The notes under the pieces were generated by a model. That model did not search any database, was not told the DNA's origin, and saw only the letters and a program-made list of their open reading frames with translations. 64,000 bases of DNA, from NCBI GenBank assembly GCA_964035545.1, contig OZ037765.1, forward strand, positions 28,023,504 through 28,087,503, written 5' to 3'. The position numbers and the translations under genes were made by a program. Shown here piece after piece: positions 40,101 through 52,629 of this stretch; within the stretch, counting starts at the first letter, position 1, and the number at the start of each line of letters is the position of its first letter. The stretch is from Bugula neritina. Taxonomy: Eukaryota > Animalia > Bryozoa.

Positions 40101-43100
40101 TCCAAGTTGTGCGCCTTTCAAACTATCAAAAGTTGGAAATCATAAACCAAACTTTCTCCAAGGTTGGAGAGAGCTTTCTAAAAATGGAAGACACCGAATT
40201 TTACTACACCCCTGTGCTTGGCTAACTTTTGCCTAAGATTTTCTTATTTCACCTTCTTATGACATAGAACATCCATAACATTCTCAAAATCTTTAGTATA
40301 AATTCCCTAGATTTGAAGCAAAATGTGAAACACCAAATGCTGTTTTGTGCCACGTGGTAAACAGAAGTTCGATTTTGAAAAAATAAGTAAACCTCAAAGA
40401 GTTTAATGATATCTAATCTGTCTAGGAGAAGTTTATACGTAATAATAATTTTTGAGAATAATATTTGCTATTAAACACTCATTATGCTAAAATAAAATTT
40501 AGTATTACAAAGATATTGTTCAATTTCTGCCGTTGATCAAATAATTTTGATGACCATAAAAAGTATAACTTTAGTGAAGAATTTTCCCTGCCATCGATAT
40601 CTCATCTTCTACCTGAGCAGTTTTTCAGCATAAAATTTACCCTTGAAAAATTGAGACCATATTACAACACAAGATGTACAACACAATGAATGTAAGTTGT
40701 GTACAATACAGCAGCTAAAATTGTCATCCCCTGTTACTGTTTCATAATTGAGCATAAATCTATTACTGGTGCAATGCAGCATTTTTCACAAAGATAATGA
40801 AGTAAAATCCTGTCCATCACTAATCTATATTGAATGTAATTATTCAAATCTATAATACGAAATATTTATAATAATGAAAACCAACCTGTAGTCCAATCTT
40901 ACGCTGCAGTTGTATCAAGTGGCTGAGGGCAACCCTTTTGATATCTAGTGACACAGACTTCATGGCACACAATGAAACCAGCACAGCAAACATTTCCTGT
41001 AAGACGTCCATATTAGCATCTTCCATTAGTATTTCCATCTACAACACCCACAGCATAATGCACTATTGCATGTGAGGAGTATAATATTTCTAGAGTGAAA
41101 CCGAGTGAGGTTGAGTGTATAGCGTTAGCTGTAGCCTAGAAGTACAGAAACATGGTCTCACCTGAGTGTTGGGCTGGTCGTGCACAGCTATGTTTTTAGC
41201 CACAGTTTCACGAAACTTCTCATAATAATTGGTTTTCTTCACCACCAGACCTTCAAAAAGCCACCAGAAAATAAAAAAACGTGAACATTGCATACAACCA
41301 GATGACACATTTACTTGACTGGGTAAGCAAACAAATTAGAACAGAACAATAGAGGATGTCTGTACAGTGTGCTGGGACTCAGTCTTGCTGCTATTCATAA
41401 AATTGAGAAGATATCTAGAGCGCCAACGCCACCAGTACAATAAGAAAGTAAATATATAGAAGCACGATTCCTACATCTACCTTCAAGTAGCGGGAGACCC
41501 ATGGTGCAGATTAAACTAAGAATATCGTGGTTTCTCTGGTGAGCATTCATCAGTGCCAGTTTCATCACGTCATCAGTAACGGCATGAATATGGGGATGTC
41601 TTGCAAGAACCTCACAGCAGGGCACACGTATTTCATTACTACAATATGACAATTTATATATGTATAGTTATGCTAGCTATATCGGTAATTTATCATCGGA
41701 TATTGATCACTTGTTGAATCTAAAATAGATGTATTAACAACTTACTTGCTGGTATTAGTAATACACCAGTTAATATTAGTAACACACCAATTAATATTAG
41801 TAATATATCGGTAGACATTACAAGTATATCAATAATATGTACTGACGTGTGAACAGATTTGATGACATCAACGAGCTGCTTAGCCGACAGGTAGTGGTGC
41901 AGGTGAGTATAATCAATATCAAGAACAGCGGCAGCCACGCTAACGTCATCATCCCGCAGACGGGCATCCAGTGCATTTGAGACAAACTCTCCGTCAATAG
42001 AATCCGCGACCTACAAGACCCCCACATAGAACCTTCACAGTATAGTAGAAGATAACATGACATAACGTAGGTGCTCAAGTGTATGTATGTGTGCATATAC
42101 TATAATATAGTGGTTGATTGTAAAGCAAGATACAGAAAAACTTGGTGCATCATAATAATTTTAGAGGAGTGATAGTTCCTTAAAGAGGTGAGCTAATTGT
42201 TATGCTTTTATAATTTGATTCAACCATGCAGTTGCTATTCTATCACACACTGAAATATAGCCAGACCAGACCTCTGATTGAAGGAGTTTCGCCAGCATTT
42301 GCACTCCTTGAACTCTGACAGGAGGGTAGGGGCTGTTGAGACGAAGCAGCATGCTAACTCCGTCATCACTTCCCTTATATTTGAAGCTGGATATGGAGAG
42401 GAGAGCAAACTCTTGCATCAGTTTATTGTCATCACAGCTTTCCATTTGCTTCTGTATTTCAGCATCCACTGCTTGACTGTACCTTCATAACCCATAACAA
42501 TTAGATTACACGTCATGCAAGAAATCTACCAATAAATTTGATCAGCAGTGAAAGAAAGATACATTACAATCTATGGTAAAGACTATATTCTAATGTAAAT
42601 TAAGGTTGATAGAATGGTTGACAGAACTATTAGTAAACAATCAAAGTTAGAAGCATACTTTTGCTCCATGAGACGTAGCATAGCCTGAACTCTCTCTGCA
42701 AGAGAAGACTGGGATTCTTCTGAGTGACAAGATTGTTTATTCTCTACGTAGCTCTGGCACATTAGTCTACAGTATAATGGTACATTCTAGAATTTTCTAT
42801 CTTTACATACGGGATATAACAGAGACATGCAAAATAAATGAAAGAACACATTCGCATGTGCAGTTCAGAACACAGCTAAACACTGCAATGTTGATTGATT
42901 TATCTATTTATTACATATCGCAGACATGAAAACACGTTGCGAAATTCAGTGAAAATGCTGGCCTTAATAAGTAGACATGAACAAAATTGGAAAAAAGTCA
43001 GAACTTTGTTGGATTATTTAAAGTACAAGATCATTTAAATTATTTACAAGGTGTCGTAAAAACTTGTCTTTGCCCAATGCTTCTCTATTATATTCAATGA

Positions 43101-45547
43101 TTCGAAACTGTTAGACTACACTCACTGAATAATATAACCAGCGTGGTCTTCCTCTAGTTTGCAATCTGACAGAAGTGACTCTAACAAAGGCCAGTAGCTA
43201 GGTTTGCCAGCAATGAGTTCCTCATTGGCCCCACCACCATCACTACTGCTAGTTACCCCCAGCCTGCAATCCTTAATAGCGGCAGGTACTAAATACGTCA
43301 TCAATGGCTTCCAGAAAGTATACAACGAGCCAGTATTGTGTAAGTGCTCAAGATGTTGTACAATCCCTGGCAGTCTGCACATGTGCTTGAAGCATCTGAA
43401 ATACAGCCCAAAGCAACAATAGAATAAACACAAAAAATTTCCAACATATGGCTTTAGTAAACATTAGAACATTAGCCAACGACGTAATTTACAATTTATT
43501 GCATTATTTTGTAAATAGTTAGCTAAATAAATAATTTATTAATGCTGCATGTTTGTTTGAATGAGTGGCCAAAGAGAAAATCCATACAACTGAAATTATC
43601 TGCTGGTGCAAATAAAACTGAAATCAGCAAACTTTCCAACATAACTTTACTGAGCAGGCAGCATGTGGCACAGAGTATGCAACATGCAATGCAAATGAGC
43701 CTGCTGTAGAAATGCTAGTGCCATGATTATCAGAATTTCACCTCTTGGGAAAGCCTTGAATGGAAGGTTGAGTTCTGAGTACGAGGACCAGACAGGAAAT
43801 AGCCTCAAATCCATTCCTCACTGTCATCCGCTTTGTCAGCAGAGGGAGAATCGACTGGACAAAGTTTGAATCCAAAGACACCTGGTGATTAAAACATGTC
43901 CGACATTATAGACACAGCATTCTAGTACTAGTGAGCGAGTTTTTATACTAGTACTAGGGTGTTGGTTCACCAACAATCTAGGGAAAACATAGCGCAAATC
44001 ACCAATAAAAATGCTACACAAATTCTAACATTAAATTAAGCAACGCAGAACAGCCTCAATTCTACATCAGTTTATCACACAAAAACACTTCAGAACTCTC
44101 AAATACAAACATAGAAGTTAAGAGCTACAGAGAATGGCATATACATCCTTTGCTGCAATACATTACAGTCTCACCCTGCTACAGAGGCTGCTCAGAATCA
44201 TATAGGCTGAACACTTGTACTCATCATTTCGACTTTTTAGTCCTTTCAGTAAGAAGGTTGCAAGCTGAGCAATGAAGCTTTCCTTCACAGTAGTAGACAT
44301 ATGAATACCCATGAGTATTGTCTTGGTATAAAATGCAACAGCTGCATGTACAGGTGAGTTGCTACCAGTTCTCTCAAACCCATGAACCTACGACATGACA
44401 AATTCAGCAAGTAAACAAATATATTCAACAAGAAATTATATTATTGCTATTTCAATACAATAGCAACATGATTAAATATAACAAAAGTTTTTGAAAAATT
44501 ATAATTTCTTGTAATAATTGTGAAGCTAGATAACACTGTTTCAGTTATAATTTAAAATGTCTCCAATATCATTAATACACAAGCCAGAAGCTCGATGTAT
44601 ATACTTACATCAATGAACTGCTCTGGTATTGAAGATACGAAGTTGAGAAATCCCTCATCTTTGTAAGCATGTGTTGCTATGGTCTGACAGGGCAACTGAG
44701 TGCCATGTTTCTGAGCCTGCTCCAGCCAATGCCATTTGGATTTGGGGTCAGACAGGTTGAGGGTTTGCAGGAGACGTATAAATATATTACTGTCATGGTA
44801 TGGAAAGGCGCATACTAGTAGGTCATCGATGTTGTAGAGGTGAACCTGATATCTATATAAATAGTAGTAGACCAAAATTATATACAGCATATGCGTGACA
44901 CCTATGATGGAGTAATATGGTTTAGTAGCCTATTCTAAACATGTGAGATGAGGGAAGACAATTACAGCTATCTCATCGCTTTTAATAGATGTATAGTATA
45001 CACCAGCACTACAAAAACACAAGCCCTCAATGATTTTTAATAACCGTTATAACAACACATAAATACCTGTAAATCAGCCATTCCAAAGTTTTATGGGCAG
45101 GTTTGAGAAGAAAATATGGAGAAAGATGGAGTAGAAAGAGTTTGATAGTCTCATCTAGCTTCTTATTCACGTCACTAGTTTGAGTTAATCTTTGTAAACC
45201 ACTGGCAGATTCATTGAACAAAGATTTTTGGTATTCGATAAATATATTATCAACTTCAACTAGCTCTTCTAATCCACTAATACCTAAAACCGAATAATGA
45301 AAAACATTTCACAGAAATTATGGAAACTAATAAATATTTGAATGTATATTATATGTATTTGTTAATTTTAATTCAGCTTGGTTGGGCTCTGCTATTTCAA
45401 CTTACCTATGGCAAACACTGCCTCTTTATCGATATTTGCAGCCTCAGATGGGTCAAACAACAGTGATACTCTTTTCCTTTCATCACCGAGAATAGCCTGA
45501 GTATGAGGCAAGGCTAGAGATTTCAACTGGTTAGCCAACGATGTCAT
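16110..45547 (-). CDS. HEATR1: HEAT repeat-containing protein 1 (UTP10/BAP28), many exons
   Basis: N-terminus MTSLANQL..SLLFDPSEAA (ATG 45547); LSPYFLLKPAHKTLEWLIYRY; VFVDAYPHIPEHRRLPLF; C-terminus LLPETIPFLAELMEDDEEEVE..LGEPLQKYF* (TAA 16112-16110). Dozens of short exons lie in between; not all boundaries were individually verified. Confidence 0.95.
18611..18658. repeat. Perfect 21-bp inverted repeat with 6-nt loop
   Basis: ttcagagtatttacaaggtgt-tttacg-acaccttgtaaatactctgaa. An exact 21-nt partial copy, in reverse orientation, lies at 43041-43061. Confidence 0.9.
19922..21103 (-). CDS. Intronless divergent rhodopsin-class (class A) GPCR nested in a HEATR1 intron
   Basis: 393-aa ORF from ATG 21103 with seven hydrophobic segments and N-terminal sequons (NVS, NQT). 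Features: TM1 Asn, C3.25 exactly 25 residues before R3.50 (AVERL), an ECL2 Cys, basic ICL3, TM6 Pro and TM7 N..APMLF. Confidence 0.85.
   Translation of the reverse strand: MMVNVSGAPTMPPLLNQTFNFITPAAEEHATYAWEETHYKRTRRLIYYLLHGFVGLVTSVFNGLVILVYIRRANIRKHISLLMLSMFVFCLLHGLIVGIVYPLQRVYRYVMDEKMCVLSTLVMDLADKYVMLLLPLLAVERLIYLKCPFIDQKKVKRLAIASISILLVVAMLYSWLPLIPQINVPEEEYIYSNNTARQEYLVRFYKYYTCQGKLNKKNFLEPIFTILVSSLSVIVVVGAYIWMYKIARDRLTAFASITVKKQKRLKKAAFTVFYVALTFILTMMPFGIVIQIQALCKADTTLQNNSFCNGITLELRFCFSIIAHLGNLLAPMLFSWLSPNIRQIINAYYRQLLPSCKLLPRLSTKEKKQDIKAASPPPTPRVTQRVHIVQIHK
25599..31196 (+). CDS. Single-pass acidic Thr/Asp/Glu-rich mucin-like protein with four PLAC-like Cys6 modules, nested antisense in a HEATR1 intron
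   Basis: Exons 25599-25772, 26808-30167, 30312-30524 and 30930-31196 are all phase 0 (~1337 aa). Architecture: signal peptide, two C-C-C-CC-xx-C modules, ~1000-aa T/D/E repeats, two more modules, TM helix (LGIVVLVLTVVAVFIIILLSAVCILM) and a short tail. Confidence 0.85.
26177..26516. mobile_element. hAT (Charlie-like) non-autonomous MITE
   Basis: TIRs CAGGGGTGTCCAAC / GTTGGACAGCCCTG (13/14), 8-bp TSD ttctacag/ctctacag, and five subterminal GGGCCACA motifs. Confidence 0.9.
27120..29970 (+). repeat. Coding tandem repeat, ~81-bp (27-aa) unit TDITTDDFTTETPTTDDDTTTEDEAST
   Basis: Directly visible and most homogeneous at ~29260-29700. Higher-order duplication of 168 bp (27641 vs 27809). Confidence 0.95.
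30687..30902 (+). mobile_element. tRNA-derived SINE, full-length copy
   Basis: A box TGGTCTAGGGG, B box GGTTCGAGCCC, body GGAAGAGCATCCAGTCATAATTGCTC, T-rich tail. TSD aatttctgataaattct/aatttctaataatttct. Three further copies occur in the window. Confidence 0.9.
33013..33130 (-). mobile_element. 5'-truncated copy of the same SINE
   Basis: Reverse complement of the SINE 3' half (agtcactatccct...ctgatggaaagg...gcaattatgactggatg) with degenerate flanking direct repeats. Confidence 0.8.
37430..37631 (-). mobile_element. Diverged full-length copy of the same SINE
   Basis: ggagcaattatgactgaatgctcttcctaacatcaccaatg is the reverse complement of the SINE body. TSD tgtactacatcactctata/tgtattacattactctata (17/19). 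Confidence 0.85.
41753..41835. repeat. Short 21-bp tandem repeat (3-4 diverged copies) in a HEATR1 intron
   Basis: attagtaatacaccagttaat / attagtaacacaccaattaat / attagtaatatatcggtagac. Confidence 0.7.
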
Positions 45548-45859
45548 GGTAGATCTCTGAAGACACGGGAATACTTCCAAAACTAAAATTAAATTCCATC
45601 AAAGTTCACTTGATGTTATTTATAAAGTTTTAGGAGTAAATTTAAATCCAAACAAATGAATAATTTGATAGTGGTTTACTGCTAGTCATTGAACTTTAAA
45701 TCTTACTGCATGGCCACGCTATAGCTATGGTGAATGAGATTATTCTGGTTATTTGTTGAAAATCCACATCTTGTGTATCACCAATTGATATCACATAAGT
45801 TTGTATAGAGATTTTGTATAAATAATTGCCTTAAAAATAAGCTCATCTTCATTAGTCAT

Positions 45860-46900
45860 TAGTGGTGATAACAGAAAAAATAGTATAATTAATATTATTA
45901 TTATTATTATTATCTACCCAGAAATCAGAATCCCCAATGACTCTTACTTTCAAATTAATTTTGTAAAACTAAAAGCTCACAAGATCACTGCGATGCTGGA
46001 TTCAGTTGTGTCAGATAAACTTAAAGCTAAGTCAAATCAAGTGTTAATATCAATAATAATTATAATAACTTAAGTTATAATACCAAGCTCAACTAATAAT
46101 AGTAATACATACAGTAATACATGTTATTATTATAAACATAATTTTTATCATAGTTTTACTATTAGTAATATTAATACTAATAGTAAACAACTTTAGACTT
46201 TAAAGTAATATTTATAAATATAATTAACAAATTATAATGATCATGATGACTAGAAGTAGACATAAGACATTACTATTACTAGTTTATTACCTTGGTTTAT
46301 TACCTCAGTTAAGGTAGGACTTCCGCAGCAACTGAAAAGTCTATAGGGAAGCCTCTAGTGACAACTTACATTAGACCAGGGTTAGCACTAGTTACAGCAT
46401 TTGCCGTTTTGTAATTAGTTATTATATTCTCCGCGCATTTCACGAATTGTTCGTGGTAGAAAACTAGTGTGGAATAAGTTTTTTCTAGATGATATTCATA
46501 TAGAGATAAACTCTCCTCTCCTCTAGTAATACTATTAATATTAGTATAACTATAAGTTACTCTTAGTCTTGCACTTACAGCTACACTTTCATTTACAATT
46601 TCAAGTTGAGTTACAGTTGCTCTCCCCTTCATCTTGTTTTGAAACTGTAACTGTAAGTGTAAGTCAAGACTCAAGTGTAACTCATGTAAGTCAAACTCAA
46701 AGTGTAAGTGTTACTGTTAGTGTTAGCCTTAGTGTAACTCAAGATCAAAATGTAAGAGAAACTGAAATGCAATCAAAAAAGTCTAAATGTTACAAGGTAA
46801 AGCTTTAGACCAAAGTCAATGTATGCTTACTAACAGGTATAGACTCCAGACTTGAGCAACTACAAAATTCAAGTTGAAGTTAAAGCTTAAATTGAGTCCA
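45860..46900. repeat. Degenerate A-N-T periodic tracts around the HEATR1 5' end
   Basis: attagtaatattaatactaatagt at ~46060-46290 and actgta/agtgta/actca runs at ~46510-46900, with a CpG-containing gap at ~46300-46460. Confidence 0.75.
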
Positions 46901-48379
46901 GGTGGTAGCATAACAGGAAACAAACCATATGTGGTTCTTTTCGTATTTATAGCAGTTTTAGATTTGTTTTTGCGATTTATACAGAAAACTATATTAAACA
47001 TTTTTTTATTCTTTTTTTGAATTTAAACATTTGTTTAAAAATTTGTTCATTTGTAGCATTTTTCAATGTCCTAATTGTTGAGTCGAAATTTTTGTTTTCA
47101 GAAAGGTGCAGAAGCTAATTGTTGAGTAGACAATTCTTATAATCATCTGTTGATGCGGTATGCAGTTGTTTTAAAATAATATGTTAGTTTTTCATATTAT
47201 TCATATTTCCTTAGCAAGTCCTAAAATTTAAACTCTTTGTAAACAAAATTATTGCATAAAGGGCACAAGATATCAGCCAAAATAATTCTATCATCTGTAT
47301 ATGTCTCATGCTCATGAGATTAATTAAGATTAAACTTGCATTAATTAGAATGGAAATTAAACATTTTAAGATTTATTGTTGAAAGTTCATAATTTACAAG
47401 CCACTGACACTTCATATAAAGTTAACCATACAGCTTGTAATCCTCTAGAATTTTAACCTTAATTTTGCTAGAGTTTTCAAAATTTTGATTATTGAGATAC
47501 ATGGCTGAAAGACGGCAACTGTTGCAATTGTGTAAGACTGTAAATTTTGTTTTCCTAGAAAGTGAAAGTAATATAATTATAAAATGTGATAGAAAGCAGA
47601 ATTATCTGCAAAATATGCAACAATTTAAGCTGCTTCTAATAATTTTTATAATAAGGTAATTCGAATAAGCTTACTGCAAAACAATACAAAAGATGAGCCA
47701 ATTAAACAATCTTGAACTTTAATAGTATAACATATTGTTGGTTCATTACTATTAAAATAAATTTAACATCTTTAAACTTAAAACTTGAATAACTTCGAAA
47801 GAAAAAGCATTAAAATACATCAAACACCCATTAATGAACAGCTTTAATTTAAATTAAATTAGGAAAAAAGTGAACAAATAGTTATTGTGCTGCAATGATG
47901 TAATCAAGAAGACATTTGTTTAAACATATATAAAGCAACTAGTTTGAAGAAATTGTGAAAAATATTTTTTTCTGTCTTAAAAGCGCTTTTTTATGGTTCA
48001 TCAATCAATTTGCATTTCTCTGGCAAACTTGGTAACAAAATTATATTTACTGAAAAATTACGAACAGAACAAAATATATTCTCAATACAATTATTACTTT
48101 AGCAATATAAACTAAAACATTAAAAGAAAAATCAATATATTTTTAAAAATGATAGAAGCAAATTGGGATTACATGGTCCATGTGGTGCATTAAAAGAATG
48201 CCTGTAAACATTGAAACAAAATTTACACTATAAAATAAATTTTAATATTATTTATAATATCTAAACAAAATTGTTTAAACATACCGAAAATATACTTGAA
48301 TAATTAAATAGGCTATGTGTCAACATTTCTGACAGAGTTGTATATCTAAAACTGTTCAGTTATAATGCGGCTTGTATAA

Positions 48380-51095
48380 TTACAACTCATCTCTGACAAC
48401 AAACGAATTCCAATTTCGTGCTTTTTCAAATCCATTCTGATAGTTGTGATAGTCAATCATAGCTTGCTGAAGTTCCTGATTTGTGTTCATAACAAACGGC
48501 CCTAAAATAAAAAATACATGAAATAAAAACATCTGAACATTAAACTAAAACATGTTTTAAATAAAACAAAAGATATTTTGGAGAGTTAAAATAACATTTT
48601 AAAAACAGCAAAATTAGTTGTGGTACACTTAAAAACACACATTGTGAATAGCCAACAGAAATATTTTTATATTTACAAGAACAAGTTGCAAAAAAATCTT
48701 GATGTAAACTACAACAGCAAGTTTCAGGTCATAGAACATGATCAGAGAGAGCTTGGAAAGCATCTCTCAACATAGCATACGGATGAACTATTAGCGTTAC
48801 AACACAACGAATCAGGAGTTATCTTCCCAGAAAAAAATTAAAGAATGTCCCATTACAAAAACAATAGTCATAAGTTATTACCAAAGGAAAGAAACAAATA
48901 TAAATATAAAAACTGCCGTAGCTTACAGCCACATAGAAAGTTTAGAAAAGTGCCAACATATAACAAGTCTAAGTACCTCGCTGTGCAATAGTTTCCTTCA
49001 GTGGCTGACCACCAATCAGCACAAATCTACAAGATTCAGCTGCATCATTCCGAATGTGCAATTCTCCTTCACCAGTACTCAGCACTAGAGTGTGATGAGC
49101 AGCTCCTTCAGTCTTTTTCTCTTCTGGTCCTAAAGACAACAGGAAGTTATGAGTCACAGTCAGCAGCTGCTAGTAATTGTAAATAGACGAAATGCAGCCC
49201 AAGTAAATAACATGGAGGCATTTGGGAGAATCAAAAAGGGAGCAGCCGTGCTTTGTGTGTTAGAGCGTTTAGCTTAGTAAATACAAAGTCATGGGTTGGA
49301 ACCCTAGTAAAGGCCATTGGTAATGTTAGGAAGAACATCCAGTCATAATTGCTCTTATGCCGCATACGAATAAGTCCTTAGCTTGCTTTAAAAAAAACCC
49401 TTTCCATCAGAGGGTTCTCACATGGATAGTGACTATTAACTTGCATGAGCTATTTTTGTTTGAGGGAATCAAAAACAGCGGATATGTTTTAATATTTGAA
49501 AGTTTTTATACAGCTACCCACCAAATAAAGCCTTTCCTGAAAGTATGTACACAAAGGCTGTCCAATCAGCAGGTATCTTCTGATTTATAGATCCACCTTG
49601 TCGAATAGTGAAGTCAAGATACATAGTAGGTGTTCGTGTATGAACAGGGGACTACAAAACGGAAATAAAACTTATGCAAAACCATATTGCTTGAGTAACC
49701 ACGATGTAAACTTGGTTATGAAATTTCAAACCTTCAATACTTCAACTATACCAACCATTTTACTTCCTACTTTTCTTAGTTTATTAGAACAAGTAATATG
49801 GTGGTATGTTTTTAATTCAACTCTATAAAATTTCTGAGTGCTTCACTGTAAGCTACTTCTGAGATGATGTTAAAATAGCGTCAACAAGATATTTACCTTC
49901 ACACCTAGAGATTCTCCTGCTATCACTTTCACAGTGACACCACCTTCAGTTTTCCTTGGAATGTCTTTATCAAGCAGCTCTTGGTAAGCCGGCTCTATCA
50001 TCTTTTCTGATGACTTCAGATTCACCCAAAGTTGCAGACCATGTGATTTCTGAAAAAATGAGGTTGACAAAAAACATTATATTTATCCCATAGCACACAT
50101 ATACAAATGTCTACAGTTGTTATCTATAAGACAAAATACAAATTTATAATATGAGATATACTGCATGTAATTGGACTTACTTCTTTGCCATGTGGCATTT
50201 CACAATGGACAATGCCTCTGCCAGCCGTCATCCATTGTAAATCCCCGGCATGTATGACCCCCCTGTGTCCTGCAAAGTCCTCGTGTTCAGTGGCTCCACT
50301 CAGCATGTATGTCACCTTATAAATAGTAAAGGCATTTATTGCAAAAAATTGTTACTTGTTACAGTTATTAATAGATACAAAACTATTTATTTTGATACAA
50401 TTAGACTAAAACTTACTGTTTCAAAGCCTCTGTGAGGATGGTCGGGAAATCCAGCAGGTGCCCCTACACTGAACTCATCAAGCATGAGAAAGGGGTCTAG
50501 GTTTCTGAGCTACAATTAATAACAACTAAATTTCAAAACACATTTTAGCACTACTGGATGTAAAATGCAAGCTTTAGTTTGATCTTTAAACAACAACAAA
50601 AATATTCAACATTCCATAAATTTACTAATTGCTTAAAATTTTGAAACGTCATCTGTTGATAATCTTTCATTACAATGTACTTACATCTAATTTTGCACAT
50701 GGTTCACTAGTTAGTTTAAGTATTGGTGTTCGAAAGAAAAACCACAAACTGTTAGATACTAACTTTCGTAAATTCCTAACTAGATCTTGGCATCTATTTA
50801 TACTTGCTTCTGTGTCATAACAAAAAGTATTCCGTACATTAGATTGAACTTTTCGTCTTTTGAGAAAATATGTATTAAAGTCAGACATGAGCTGCAAATT
50901 TCAATGGTGAAACATCATGCAATGCATGCTGCTTTACAATTCTGTTAGATGTACAGTAAATTAGGTGCATGATAATATTTCAGTAAATCTGACCTCATGT
51001 CTTCCAATACTTCGTCTCACTTTGGCACCAACACCTTCATCTTGTTCAACACTGAGCACAACTTTAGTAACAGTTCTACTGGTACTGGCAGACAT
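48380..51095 (-). CDS. PIR: Pirin (bicupin, iron-binding)
   Basis: Exons 51095-50994 ([15 protein letters not shown]), 50509-50417 ([22 protein letters not shown]), ~50315-50181 ([18 protein letters not shown]), ~50049-49897 (GLQLWVNL), ~49651-49522, ~49128-48977 and ~48501-48380 (GPFVMNT, TAA). Confidence 0.96.
49239..49458 (+). mobile_element. Full-length copy of the tRNA-derived SINE in a Pirin intron
   Basis: Colinear with 30687-30902. TSD tttgggagaatcaaaaa/tttgagggaatcaaaaa (15/17). Confidence 0.9.
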
Positions 51096-51789
51096 AGTTA
51101 AATTGCTAGAAGCATAAGCTAAAATTATCCAGATTCTGAAAGATGAAGTAAATCACATGCAATGACAGAATTATGAATGCAACAATAATTTTGCGCATTT
51201 AAAGGTATGTATAAGTACAATCATATGCTTGACTGAGGCTGAAGGTGCAGAAAACATTTTAAAACTTTTTCTTGGTGCTTATCTTAAAAGATCATCTAAA
51301 GTATTAGGTATTTTAGTAAAAGAGCTCTGCATACTGTTTTGATGGAATTCTAAACATTAAATTTAATTTTGTGAACCAAATTATATTGAAAAATAAAAGC
51401 ATGCTGTACACTTACTTTTAATTTATGAGCCTATGCATTTTATTAAATGACAAAAAAATGCATATACATATTATAGTGGATAAGAAACTATTTTGTGGTG
51501 TCAAATAACTTTTTTTACTAAAAAGCATTATCTCTTTTTCTTGGATTGTTGATTACTCTGTACAAGCTTAAACTGTAATATTTGAAATGAAAGCTGTAGA
51601 AAACGAAACTAGCTTCACCCCAGCTAGTATTTGCTGCTGAGTGGACATCAACCAAATTGATCTTCATCAGCAAACTGACATATTGTATGTGGTTAAAAAT
51701 TATCACATCATACTTACATGAGCAACTTTATCATTAATAAGCGGGCAGCATATATTTAATCACTGTTTTCTACCAGTTTTCTATAACAA

Positions 51790-52140
51790 AGAAACTTTAA
51801 CTTTACTATTACTAATGTAATACTAATATTAATAGTACTAGTACTAGTGTAGTACTACTATTTGTATTAGTATTACTATTACTATTATAAATTTTTTGTA
51901 ATAAATATTATAATACACTTATAACTTAAACTGCAACAATTGACAATTAATTATTCAATCAATAATAACTATTACTGTTGCTATTAATATTAGTATTACT
52001 ATTAGTATAACTATAACTATAAGTATTACTGTAACTGTAAGACTAAGTGTAAGTATAACTCTTAACTGTAACTATCACTAATACTAATAGTAATAGTAAT
52101 ACTATAAGTATAACTATAAGTATAAGTTATAACTACAAGC
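51790..52140. repeat. A-N-T periodic tract, left flank of the Pirin/R3HCC1 promoter
   Basis: actataagtataactataagtataagt and actaatagtaatagtaat runs. Confidence 0.85.
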
Positions 52141-52199
52141 TCACAAGCAAATGTTTCCTTCTAATCGAATGTGAATACCATCATGAATTGATCAGATTA

Positions 52200-52620
52200 T
52201 AAATTTTCTATTGGTGAGATAAAGTTTTAAGAGCATTGCTCATAATAGTGCTGCGTCACGATTGTATCAGCTAAAAATCATGGCCATATTTCATACTCCA
52301 CACATAACAGCTGAAAAGCATAATAACATTATTATTGTTGTTAAGTTTTAGCGATTCCGCTATTTTATATGTGCTAATAGAGCCAATTGTAGCCAGACTT
52401 ACAAAACAACTAGAACTTCTAACCATTCACAGGATATCAAAAGCACGTGTCTTTTTTTGAGCCCATTTCTGATGGTTAGCATGCGAAAAACTATCCAATC
52501 AGATATTCTAGCTAATCGAGAGTGAACCTTGCTCGGTTAATATTAGCTAGAATCTTCATTGGACGTGACTCTAAGACTAATATTATAAAGTTCCCCTCAC
52601 TTTGTCCAACGTCCGTTAAA
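52200..52620. promoter_or_regulatory. Putative bidirectional core promoter (Pirin / R3HCC1) with four CCAAT boxes
   Basis: ATTGG ~52210, CCAAT ~52383, CCAAT ~52495 and ATTGG ~52558, plus GCGTCACG, CACGTG and GACGTGAC elements. Locally CpG-rich and located between divergent genes. Confidence 0.55.
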
Positions 52621-52629
52621 GTTGCACAT

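Noticed and set aside
41250-41480. Apparent in-frame stops suggesting a HEATR1 disruption
   Set aside because: Explained by a phase-1 GT-AG intron (LLEG donor ~41480 to acceptor ~41251).
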